A stretch of DNA of 63,820 nt, counting the filler, from a bacterium (GTDB lineage: Bacteria; JAJRZV01): NCBI GenBank assembly GCA_024275095.1. It is 4 parts of 4 records of this genome, joined end to end, with 100 filler letters (N's around TTAATTAATTAA, not from the genome) between each part and the next. Parts side by side here need not be neighbours in the genome. Positions count along the whole stretch, not along the records: positions 1 to 30,170 come from JAJRZV010000005.1; 3 more parts are not named here. One strand, 5' to 3'. The position numbers were made by a program, and so were the translations under genes. The notes beneath the pieces are model-generated. The model saw only the letters and a program-made list of their open reading frames with translations, had not been told where the DNA came from and did not search any database. Positions 1 through 8,682 of this stretch are shown here, piece after piece (position 1 is the first letter of the stretch; every line of letters begins with the position of its first letter).

Positions 1-855
1 GCATCTGCATCATGCAGCGAAACCTTTTCCGTCAGCACCAATGCACCGGGAGTGATGCCCTACGTGGTGTTCCGTGTGCGAATGAGCGACGGACGCGGTG
101 GAATGTTTGAGCACTTCGTAAGCGCGTGGGGTCAGGATTGGTCTGGTTCGTCTGTTATTCCCCCAGCACTTTCCGTGGGTCATGGAGAGGTCACGATCAG
201 TGATTCAGGAGCGGGTGAATACACAGTTGTCATTTCCGATGTTACGGGCACGCTCACCATTAACAGCGCCTGGCCCGGTGACAGGAACCTTATCTCATAC
301 AGTGCAGGTATAACCAACCCGCCCTCGGGTATTACGTGGGTGGTAGACTCCGCTGCCGGGCCGTGGCCCATCCAGGGCACGGATCCCCTGCCCGTTACCG
401 TGTCGATACGCCTGTACGGTAAATGGAAACCTGTCGAGCAGGAGACATTGAATTTCACGGTTAGATTCGAGGCATGGTCGGATGAAGCCGGCTACGCGTT
501 CCACAGGGTAAAAGACATTCCTGTACAGGTGGTGCTTGAGAACACGCCGCCGCAGGTGAACGCACCGGCTTCGGTAGAAATTGTTTCCACTGAAGACGAG
601 ACCTGGGGATGCGGACGCATCAGTGTCGAGGCTTTTGATGCCGATGGTGACGCGCTGGAGTATCACTGGGCGGTGCTGGAAAAGTCCCGGGGTGCGGAGG
701 TCGCCCTTTCGGAGAACATGGAGAGCCCGGATGTGGTGATGTGTGCTGGCACATACGAAAGGAAATTCGGCAGCTATACGTTGCGTGTATACGTGCGCGA
801 CGGGCACGGTGCTTACGCCTACAGGGATGTGGCTGTTACCGTTGCGGAAAGGTAA
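1..855 (+). CDS. 5'-partial extracellular Ig-like/PKD (cadherin-like) domain protein
   Basis: Frame is open from base 1 (ASASCSETFSV...). Beta-rich sequence with the C-terminal NTPPQV...DADGDALEYHW...YTLRVYVRDG pattern of PKD/REJ-type modules. Confidence 0.65.
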   Translation, partial: ASASCSETFSVSTNAPGVMPYVVFRVRMSDGRGGMFEHFVSAWGQDWSGSSVIPPALSVGHGEVTISDSGAGEYTVVISDVTGTLTINSAWPGDRNLISYSAGITNPPSGITWVVDSAAGPWPIQGTDPLPVTVSIRLYGKWKPVEQETLNFTVRFEAWSDEAGYAFHRVKDIPVQVVLENTPPQVNAPASVEIVSTEDETWGCGRISVEAFDADGDALEYHWAVLEKSRGAEVALSENMESPDVVMCAGTYERKFGSYTLRVYVRDGHGAYAYRDVAVTVAER

Positions 856-862
856 AGCTGTG

Positions 863-2110
863 ATGAACAGGGGAATGACGAGATTTTTGTTTTCGCTGTT
901 CCTGCTTACAGCCGGATGCGGAAAAGGGAACGGGACAACTTTTACCCTGCGCCTGGAGCCTTTTGCCGGTGGGTTACTCCTTCCCGACATGTCTGTGGAA
1001 CTGGTGGTGAGAGAAAGTGGCGGTGATGAAATGTATCGGGAAACCGTCACTCCACCAGCGCGCAGGATCGAGTTTGCCGTGAACCTTGACAGATGCGTTT
1101 CTATCGAAGCGTACGTTCACAGGAACACGCAGGTGGTGCTTTCCGGTGAAAGCCCGTGTATGCATCGTGAAAGCATAGAGAATGGAAAAATCTACCTGGC
1201 CCCGCCGTTTCAGCCGGTCTGGCGCGATGACATTATCCTCGGAAGAGCCTGCAGTGACGGGAATTTCGTTTATTTTCTTTCGCCCACAGGCGGAGAGCTT
1301 TTGCGAGCCCCGCTCGTTGCACTGGACGAACAGGTCGTGCAGGCTGTTCTGCCTGCCGCGGAGGGTGACGCTGTGGCGTGTACTGAAAATAGCGTTTACG
1401 TTGCCGGGGGTATTGACTCCTCAGGGAATTTCGTTCGAACGGCCTGCTCTTACGGAAAGGCAGGACTCCACTGTTTCCCCGTGGAAACGGCCACCAGCGA
1501 CATGGCTGCTGCTTCTTTGGGAGAGATCGCTGCATTCTGCGGTGGAAACACGGCTGTTGGAAAATACACGGGATGCATGCTCGTTCACGCAGGCGCAGTC
1601 TCGTATTCTGGAGATGTTATCTATGTAACCGCTCGTCCAGTCATTGCAGGAGCAGACGGACTTTTTTATCTCTTTTCAGGTACCAGCAAGGTGTACGCGC
1701 TCTCTTATTCCTTGACACAGCGCATTGACACAGAGATCCCCGAAACCAAGACGCTATCCGCGGTAGCGTTCGATAAAGGATTTTACCTGTACCGGTGCAG
1801 CGATTCTTCCGCAGAGGTTGGTATAGTGCGGATGGAAGACTGGTCTTATACCGTGAGCGGGACAACAGCAACGCTTCTCTCGTCGCCACAGGGTGTCGGG
1901 TGTGGAACAGGAGCGGTGTTTGTCGGGCCTGAAGGGCTTGTTTTCTTTGACGGTTATCAAGTGAGGGAGTTTACTTTTCAACCTTCACTGAAGGTATATT
2001 CAGCCGTTGCACTTTCCAGGCACGCAGTTCTCGTTGCCACTGACAGGGGCACCCTTCTTTTCAACTGCCTGGCAGGCACGAGCGGGAGCAGGGCGGGAGG
2101 AGAGAAATGA
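863..2110 (+). CDS. Lipoprotein with Ig-like N-region and Kelch-like beta-propeller
   Basis: Likely start ATG 863 (or 875). Lipobox LLTAG-C. Kelch-like blades VYVAGG, AAFCGG, FYLFSG. The ORF-track start at 743 is probably an overextension. Confidence 0.6.
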   Translation: MNRGMTRFLFSLFLLTAGCGKGNGTTFTLRLEPFAGGLLLPDMSVELVVRESGGDEMYRETVTPPARRIEFAVNLDRCVSIEAYVHRNTQVVLSGESPCMHRESIENGKIYLAPPFQPVWRDDIILGRACSDGNFVYFLSPTGGELLRAPLVALDEQVVQAVLPAAEGDAVACTENSVYVAGGIDSSGNFVRTACSYGKAGLHCFPVETATSDMAAASLGEIAAFCGGNTAVGKYTGCMLVHAGAVSYSGDVIYVTARPVIAGADGLFYLFSGTSKVYALSYSLTQRIDTEIPETKTLSAVAFDKGFYLYRCSDSSAEVGIVRMEDWSYTVSGTTATLLSSPQGVGCGTGAVFVGPEGLVFFDGYQVREFTFQPSLKVYSAVALSRHAVLVATDRGTLLFNCLAGTSGSRAGGEK

Positions 2111-3903
2111 AAAGACCACTGTGTTTTCTTGCGATATTTGCGTTGAGTTGGGGGTGCACCGGAGGTGGAGGAGGCATTAACGTTGCTCCTACAGCTGTTG
2201 TGCCGTCATCCATCGAGGCTGAAGTGGGTCGGGTTGTGTACCTGGACGCTTCTTCTTCGTACGATCCGGAAGGTGACCCGCTGAAATTCTACTGGAACCT
2301 GGAAAGCATTCCCCCCGACTCGGTAGACGTGGTCCTTGCAGATCGATATGCGCCTGTTGCGGTGCTGATTCCCGACGTGCCGGGGATTTATTCCGTCTCG
2401 CTGACTGTCTCGGATGGATTCTCTACAGGACTCCCTGCCGGTGTTACTGTAAATGTTTCACCGGGAGTGCTCAAACCCACTCCAGTAATAGAAAAAAGTG
2501 GAGATCCCCTTGTCGGCGAGCGGGTGGAATTAAGGGCGGATTTGAGCGTTAACCCCTTGCAGGAGGAGATGAACTTCAGGTGGGAACTTGTGGATGCTCC
2601 GGAGGGTTCTTCTGCATATTTAAGCGTTATCACGGGACCGTACACGTCTTTCGTGGCCGATGTTCCTCACGGGAGGTACAGGGCAAGGCTTACGCTCCGC
2701 AACCGCAAGGGTGGACCGGCAAGTAATACGGCCACGCTTCTTGTGAAGAACAGCCCGCCCCGTGTGGAACTCATGGCCGTCAGGGTGCCTGAACGCTTGA
2801 AAAGTTTACCGGTGGCATCACAGGAACAGGTTGAGTTTGATGTTAGCACGGCAGACCCGGATGGAGATTCCGTGGAAACGTTCGTATTTACTTACACCTA
2901 CAGGAGTTACGCGGGAGAACCCACTGGTGCAGGGTTTCATTGTCCGGGTTACAGCGGCTACCACAATACGTGTATTACCACCACCCCGGAAGAGGTGCTG
3001 TTTTTTACAGGAGAGAACAGCCTTTTTGAAGGGTCGTTTGTCGTTTCCCTTACAGGGATGGATGAATTTGGTGGAACTGCCGTTGATTCCGTGGTGCTCG
3101 AGAGGGCTTCCGTTGCTCCACCGTCCGTAAAGACAGAAGACTCTTCTACGGGACACCTGTTTTTACGGGGGGAATATACGGCTGAAACGAGAGTAAAAGC
3201 ATATTTCACCAATTCCAATACCGATTCTCAGAGACTCGATTATTCCGTTCAGCTTCAGGCACGTCCGAGGTCAGACTGCCACGTGTCCATTACACCACCT
3301 TCGGGAGCTCTCGATATGGGAGCCGGCGATGCGGCAGCATTGGATATTGCAATTCACGCCAGCGGATCTCACAGGCGATGTGTGGGTACATATCGATTTG
3401 TGGTTGAGGGCTGTTTCGGTGACAAGTGTATGGAGCGTTCGTTTGCCCTGCATGTTCTTAACAAGGCCCCTGCCGGTGCTGGACTGTTTGGTCTTCCCGC
3501 GACAGTTGAAGTGGAGTGTGAGACGGATGCAGACGGAAAGGAGTATTCGCTGGATTCTGTGAATTTTCAACTCATTGTATCTGGAAGGGACACGGACGGC
3601 GATCCTGTGATTCTGACGTTCAGCGCGGACAGGCCTGAGGAGAATGCAAACGGTATCGTGTTTTCCCCGGGGGTACTGCGCTGTGCAAGCGGGGAAGCCT
3701 GCCCGGTTTTGGCCACGCTCAAGGGCTCGCAGGTATGCGTGTCCCGGGAATTGTCGTGGTGCCTTTTCGTCCCGTGCTGGATTTGTGTGAAGAAAGAAAT
3801 TCACGCTGTTCGACCCGGTAAAACATTTTTTTCCGTACAGGTCTCCGACGGGATGGCCGCCGGTCCTTCCACGGGTTCGTTTGTAGAAGTGAAATGCAGG
3901 TAA
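2107..3903 (+). CDS. Cys-rich lipoprotein with tandem PKD/REJ-like domains
   Basis: GGAG RBS and ATGA overlap. Lipobox ALSWG-C. NVAPTAV...LDASSSYDPEGDPLKFYW is a PKD signature, and DxDGD motifs recur. Confidence 0.75.
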   Translation: MKRPLCFLAIFALSWGCTGGGGGINVAPTAVVPSSIEAEVGRVVYLDASSSYDPEGDPLKFYWNLESIPPDSVDVVLADRYAPVAVLIPDVPGIYSVSLTVSDGFSTGLPAGVTVNVSPGVLKPTPVIEKSGDPLVGERVELRADLSVNPLQEEMNFRWELVDAPEGSSAYLSVITGPYTSFVADVPHGRYRARLTLRNRKGGPASNTATLLVKNSPPRVELMAVRVPERLKSLPVASQEQVEFDVSTADPDGDSVETFVFTYTYRSYAGEPTGAGFHCPGYSGYHNTCITTTPEEVLFFTGENSLFEGSFVVSLTGMDEFGGTAVDSVVLERASVAPPSVKTEDSSTGHLFLRGEYTAETRVKAYFTNSNTDSQRLDYSVQLQARPRSDCHVSITPPSGALDMGAGDAAALDIAIHASGSHRRCVGTYRFVVEGCFGDKCMERSFALHVLNKAPAGAGLFGLPATVEVECETDADGKEYSLDSVNFQLIVSGRDTDGDPVILTFSADRPEENANGIVFSPGVLRCASGEACPVLATLKGSQVCVSRELSWCLFVPCWICVKKEIHAVRPGKTFFSVQVSDGMAAGPSTGSFVEVKCR

Positions 3904-3905
3904 CA

Positions 3906-4328
3906 GTGAAATATACGTCCATCGTTTTTACATTTTGCGTGCTTGTACTCGCGGGTTGTACTGTTACGCAGCAACTGACACTGGCGAAAGGCGACCGTCA
4001 TATCCATTGCAGGCTCACACCTTCCCCGGTGCGCATGCGGGATTTTGTATGCAATGCATCTGTCCTGGCAACCTACGGACTGCTGGAAGCCTCTGTGGAG
4101 GTGCTCGTGAGGGGAATGCAGCAGTACGGTGAACAGCCGGTGTTGCTGAAGATGCTGGGCAGGATCCTTTTGATGGCAGGTATGCCGGCGGAGGCGAAGA
4201 TGTACCTGTCCCGAGCAGAGAAGAGAGCACCCGGTGATGCCGAAATAAAAAATCTTTTAAGAGAAACAGATTCTGCGAGGAAACAAGATGTGGAACTGGA
4301 ACATAAAACTGTGCCGGAGAAAAGATAA
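3906..4328 (+). CDS. Small TPR lipoprotein
   Basis: GTG 3906 follows the previous stop. Lipobox VLAG-C. TPR pattern LGRILLMAGMPAEAKMYLSRAEKRAP. Confidence 0.65.
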   Translation: MKYTSIVFTFCVLVLAGCTVTQQLTLAKGDRHIHCRLTPSPVRMRDFVCNASVLATYGLLEASVEVLVRGMQQYGEQPVLLKMLGRILLMAGMPAEAKMYLSRAEKRAPGDAEIKNLLRETDSARKQDVELEHKTVPEKR

Positions 4329-4902
4329 CGGCAAAAGTTGTTACTTCGTGGTCCTGGGTGGTCGTGAAGCCAGCGATAATTTCCGTGCTACGGATAAGCT
4401 GACCGTCGTGGAGAAAGTTTTTCTCCTGAAGGTTGTTTCCGCATACCTTGCCCTTGCCATGAGCGTAGCGATTCTATTTGCCGTGCCCGGGAGAAAGCCA
4501 GGGGGGCTGCAAGAAGGTCCCGTTGATAACAATGCACCAGGCACTGGTGCCATGCACGAACCATCTGCTGCCTTGATGACCCTTAAAGAGATAGAACGCG
4601 TCATTATCAACAGGAATGCCCTTTCCGTTGAACTCGGCAGGGCATTGAAAACCGTTTCTTCACTGCTGGAACAATGCGAAAGATGTGAAAAAAGGGAAAA
4701 CCTTTTGGAACTCCGCGGTGCTCTTGAACTCCGTGTAAAGGAGAGGTTCAGAACATTGAGGTTTGAGGCTGAAAAAGCGATCAGGTTCGGCAATACCATG
4801 CGCGCTCGCCGGACACTCGAAGAAATAATGAGTCTCGTTGTTCACCACGACGATGAGCCTTACAGATACGCGGTGCGCAGGCTGAAGGAGTTGAGGCGTT
4901 GA
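4288..4902 (+). CDS. Membrane-anchored helical (TPR-like) hypothetical protein; start uncertain, possibly GTG near 4408
   Basis: One hydrophobic segment (VVSAYLALAMSVAILFAVP) followed by an alpha-helical C-terminus. Stop overlaps the next start. Confidence 0.55.
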   Translation: MWNWNIKLCRRKDNGKSCYFVVLGGREASDNFRATDKLTVVEKVFLLKVVSAYLALAMSVAILFAVPGRKPGGLQEGPVDNNAPGTGAMHEPSAALMTLKEIERVIINRNALSVELGRALKTVSSLLEQCERCEKRENLLELRGALELRVKERFRTLRFEAEKAIRFGNTMRARRTLEEIMSLVVHHDDEPYRYAVRRLKELRR

Positions 4903-6116
4903 TTCGCCTTGTTCATGAAAGAAAGGGTTGCAGGCGGGAGTTCCTGCTCCAGGAAGGAGTGTACGTTGTGGGAAGGGCCCCTTTCTGTGACATCGTAATA
5001 GATGACCCGTATCTCTCGCGTCGTGATTTCTCGATTCACGTGAAAGAAGGGGAAATCGTGGTGATGGACGAGCACTCGAGAAACGGGCTCACTGTGAACG
5101 GAAAAATTGTAAACAAGGCCGGGTTGAAGGAAGGGGATGTTATTGAGGCCGGTGATTCAAAATTCACGGTTCTCTTTGCGGACGGGACCGAGGAAACGCT
5201 GGTAAAAGCCGCTTCCGGTTCCCCTGGCTCTTCGGGTGAGACAGTGGTGCTGAAGTCCCCGTCGAATGCCACGGACTGCAAAGGCGCGCCGTTGAAGGTT
5301 GTGGAAGTTACGGCGTTTGTCAGGTGCTGGAAGCTGGTGGCCGGAACCGCTGTGTTCCTGCTGGGCGTTGCTATCGTGAATGTGAATGGTTCACCCGGGC
5401 TTCGTTCCGGCCGCGCCGGGCCCGAGGGGTTACGCGCGGGAAAAACCCCGGTTCCTGCAGACAGGGAACTTAAAAAAGGACCTGTTCAGGAAGAGCCCGT
5501 CCATGTCCATTCGAAAAAGCCCATGGTATTGCCGAAGGCCTTCTTGCCCAGGAAGAGGAAAGAAGGCGGGAGTCCCGGGAGGCCAGCCTCTTCGAAGGCG
5601 GGTGCGGGGCCTGCGAAGGCGTTGAACGGGAAGAAGGGAACAGGTTCCGATACGCCGGTTGTGTTTCGTTCGAGAAGAGAGTCAGATTTTGCCCGTTTTA
5701 ATTTTCAAAACCTGATGCGTAGGGGGGCAATGTTCGTTGCTGAAGGTCGGTTGAGAGAAGCTGAAGGTGTTTTCCAGAAGGCATGTGATATTGCCCGGAA
5801 ATTCCTCAACGATGTGGATGTGAAAAAGTGCCGGCAGAATTACAGAAGCGTGGTTCTGGTACGGGCGAAAGCGATGCTCTCGTCCGGTGATTACGCAGGC
5901 GCTTATTCTCTCACTTACAGGCACGCGGGCGAAGCGTTCGAGTCCTTGAGAAAGAAAGCAGTAGAGGGCATAGATAAACTATTGAGGGCTGCTTATGCAG
6001 ATGCGGATGTCGACGCGGAGGGTGCAACATCGCGTATTCGTAGAATCCTGGAAGCTGTCCCCAGGGGCTCGCCGGTATCCCGGAGGATTCAGAGAATCCT
6101 GCAGAGGTTGCAATGA
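4899..6116 (+). CDS. FHA-domain bitopic membrane protein with Pro/Lys linker and TPR-like C-terminus
   Basis: FHA motifs VGRAP..DI, SRR, SRNG. Single TM (LVAGTAVFLLGVAIV). Helical C-terminal domain. Confidence 0.85.
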   Translation: MIRLVHERKGCRREFLLQEGVYVVGRAPFCDIVIDDPYLSRRDFSIHVKEGEIVVMDEHSRNGLTVNGKIVNKAGLKEGDVIEAGDSKFTVLFADGTEETLVKAASGSPGSSGETVVLKSPSNATDCKGAPLKVVEVTAFVRCWKLVAGTAVFLLGVAIVNVNGSPGLRSGRAGPEGLRAGKTPVPADRELKKGPVQEEPVHVHSKKPMVLPKAFLPRKRKEGGSPGRPASSKAGAGPAKALNGKKGTGSDTPVVFRSRRESDFARFNFQNLMRRGAMFVAEGRLREAEGVFQKACDIARKFLNDVDVKKCRQNYRSVVLVRAKAMLSSGDYAGAYSLTYRHAGEAFESLRKKAVEGIDKLLRAAYADADVDAEGATSRIRRILEAVPRGSPVSRRIQRILQRLQ

Positions 6117-7663
6117 TTATTGACAGGCCGGTACGTTTTGCGAATTTCGTGGTGCTCTCGCGCCTTGGTTCGGGTGGCATGGGTGAGGTCTACAGGGCAG
6201 TAAAGATCGGGACGGGTGGGTTTGAAAAGGATGTGGCTCTGAAAATTATTAACCCCGATATATCCAGTGATAGCGAATTCAGGCGCCTGTTTTTGCGCGA
6301 GGCTCGCATTGCTGCGAAAATTCAGCATCCCAGCGTGGTACAGGTGTACGAGCTGGGTATGGCCCGCGGAACATTGTACATGTCCATGGAACTGGTAAAA
6401 GGTGTGACCCTTCGAAAGCTGATCAATGTGTTGCGAGAAAGGGATGAGAAACTCGGTGACGAAGAAGCGGCGTTTGTGCTGTACAGTGTAGCCACGGCAC
6501 TTTCTGCAGTGCACAACTTGCGCGATGGTGTAAGTGGGGTACAGAAGGTCATCCACCGTGACGTGTCGCCTCAGAACATTTTTGTTTCATACGTCGGCGG
6601 GGTGAAATTGGGAGACTTCGGTGTTGCCAAGGTGGTGGGCTATACGGACGTCACCCGGCCCGGCGAGGTGAAGGGCAAGCTGGGGTACATGGCCCCAGAG
6701 CAGTTACACGGGGAAGACGTGGATGAACGCACCGACATTTTTTCCCTGGGCGTGGTGATGGTTGAGGTTCTTACAGGCCGAAAGCCTTTCCCGATGGCAG
6801 AAATCACGTCGGGAGGTTCTGTGGTACGCGAATTTGATGCCGGATGCCTGGAGGTAAGACCCGCCTTTACCAGCATACTCGCAAGAATGCTCTGCGAGGA
6901 AAAGGCAGAACGCTATTCCAGTGCGAGTGTACTTGCTGAAACTGTCGCTGCCGGATTTGACGTGCTGAAAGGACAGGAGAACCTTTTACGGAGAATGGAC
7001 CGCCTCTTCGCCAGTGAAAGAGAGAACACGGAAAAGCACGTACAGTCACTCATGTGTTCCAGGGAATTTGCCAGGTGTCGCAGGGAAATTTTGAAGGCAG
7101 AGGGAGGAGAACGCACCATTGTTCAGGGAGGACACAAAAAGAATTTTTTCGCGTATGGCGGTGCCGTGCTGGGAGCGTTTGCTGTTGCTGCGTTGCTGGT
7201 GGGGTACGTTTTGATACTCAAGAATGATTTTACAGCACGCGTGATCCAGGAGCCTGCTCGCCCATCGAAGTCTCTGAAAGTACTTCAAAAAGAGAGAGGT
7301 GCTCGTGGCAGTGCCAGGACGAGTGGACACCTGAAAGAATCTGAATTATCGGCCAGGAGAAGAGGCACCCGTTCAAATTCAAAACCCGGGAAATACGTGC
7401 CCTTAAAGAAACCCGCTGTTGCTTACATAAGCGTTCGTTCAGAGCCGGATGGTTACGTGTTTGTGGACGGGAAGAACACGGGGGTAAAGACTCCGGTGCA
7501 GCGCCTTACCTTAAAGCCGGGAGATCACACGATTGCAGTGGTGAATCCCGAACGCGGGATTATAGGCATGGAGCGGGTTACCCTTAAGAAGGGTGGCTTG
7601 AAGATCTTCAGGTTTTATCTTCGAAAAGAGAAGCAAAAAATCCAGGAGGGTGACAATGAATAG
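6113..7663 (+). CDS. Hanks-type transmembrane Ser/Thr protein kinase with C-terminal PEGA-like domain
   Basis: GSGGMG, VALK, REA, HRDVSPQN, DFG, YMAPEQ and DIFSLG are all intact. One TM. SVRSEPDGYVFVDG..TP...LKPGDHTI matches a PEGA domain. Confidence 0.93.
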   Translation: MIIDRPVRFANFVVLSRLGSGGMGEVYRAVKIGTGGFEKDVALKIINPDISSDSEFRRLFLREARIAAKIQHPSVVQVYELGMARGTLYMSMELVKGVTLRKLINVLRERDEKLGDEEAAFVLYSVATALSAVHNLRDGVSGVQKVIHRDVSPQNIFVSYVGGVKLGDFGVAKVVGYTDVTRPGEVKGKLGYMAPEQLHGEDVDERTDIFSLGVVMVEVLTGRKPFPMAEITSGGSVVREFDAGCLEVRPAFTSILARMLCEEKAERYSSASVLAETVAAGFDVLKGQENLLRRMDRLFASERENTEKHVQSLMCSREFARCRREILKAEGGERTIVQGGHKKNFFAYGGAVLGAFAVAALLVGYVLILKNDFTARVIQEPARPSKSLKVLQKERGARGSARTSGHLKESELSARRRGTRSNSKPGKYVPLKKPAVAYISVRSEPDGYVFVDGKNTGVKTPVQRLTLKPGDHTIAVVNPERGIIGMERVTLKKGGLKIFRFYLRKEKQKIQEGDNE

Positions 7664-8486
7664 AAAAGGCATCCTGTTGACCGCTCTGGTGCTTGGAACG
7701 TGTGTGTGTGCAATTGCAAAAGCAGGCATGCTGACTTACCAGGGGAAAATCTATACGGATGAAGGTGTCCCGTACAATGGTGCTGTCCAGATGACTGTTC
7801 GCATTTACAGTGTGGATGCGGGTGGTGCACCTCTATGGGAAGAAACGGATACGGTCGAGATTGTCAATGGAGTGTTTTCCACAGTCCTGGGAGATAAGGC
7901 CTCACTTGAAGGAGTGGATTTTTCGCGTGCGTTGTACCTGGGGGTAGAAGTTAACAACGATGGTGAAATGTCTCCAAGGATGCTCATAACATCCGTGCCT
8001 TCGTCGATGTATGCCGGAAAGGCAGGATACGCCGAGGCAGTCACCATTGTTAACTATTCATATGTGCTCTGCTGGTACAGCATCGAGCCGTGCGGTGCTC
8101 TACCCAATACAAGCCTCTCCTCGTATCGCCTCCTCACCGACGACGATCCCTCACTTTACCTGCCGATAAAGAATGACACCACAAGGGTTCAACTTTATCT
8201 TGTTAATATATTTATGGGGCTTTACAACCCGGGAACCATCAACAAGGTTGTACGGTACAGCCCTGCACTCGACTCCGAGCCTGTATATCCCGTGCACATA
8301 TGCAGCATTCACCCATCAACCTTTACCGCAAACGAAGAATTTGACACGGGCTCGTGTTTCAGTTCCTATATCTTTGAAGTACCGCCTGGTACGCACACAC
8401 TTACCCTCAGGTACGCAACAGACCAGCAATCAACGGACAATCTGGAGCTGGTTGCACTGCGTTTTCAACTTGTACGCATCAGGTAG
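7656..8486 (+). CDS. Secreted protein with conserved YQG-type N-terminal domain and unrecognised C-terminal domain
   Basis: AGGAGG RBS 7644-7649. Signal peptide. LTYQG...LWEET...NGVFSTVLG...LYLGVEV..DGEMSPR....SVP..MYA resembles the N-terminal module of many bacterial fibre/adhesin proteins. Confidence 0.7.
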   Translation: MNRKGILLTALVLGTCVCAIAKAGMLTYQGKIYTDEGVPYNGAVQMTVRIYSVDAGGAPLWEETDTVEIVNGVFSTVLGDKASLEGVDFSRALYLGVEVNNDGEMSPRMLITSVPSSMYAGKAGYAEAVTIVNYSYVLCWYSIEPCGALPNTSLSSYRLLTDDDPSLYLPIKNDTTRVQLYLVNIFMGLYNPGTINKVVRYSPALDSEPVYPVHICSIHPSTFTANEEFDTGSCFSSYIFEVPPGTHTLTLRYATDQQSTDNLELVALRFQLVRIR

Positions 8487-8682
8487 AATTCTGCGAATTG
8501 CGCCGGAGCTTCACCCTTTAGTGACAACCCTGTTCACAGGTGCTACCAGCGGGCAGGTGAATTGGGGATGCACAGTTATCTCCGGGGTGTTTGAAAAAGT
8601 TCCAAGAAGAAAATTCGTCCCTACATATGGTGCGACTTTACTTTAATCTTCCGCCCATTGCGTGAGTAAAACGCTATACACA

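Noticed and set aside
4899-7663. T6SS (Fha/PpkA) or Tad/T3SS locus call
   Set aside because: No sheath, Hcp, VgrG, TssLM, secretin, pilin or secretion ATPase genes are visible.
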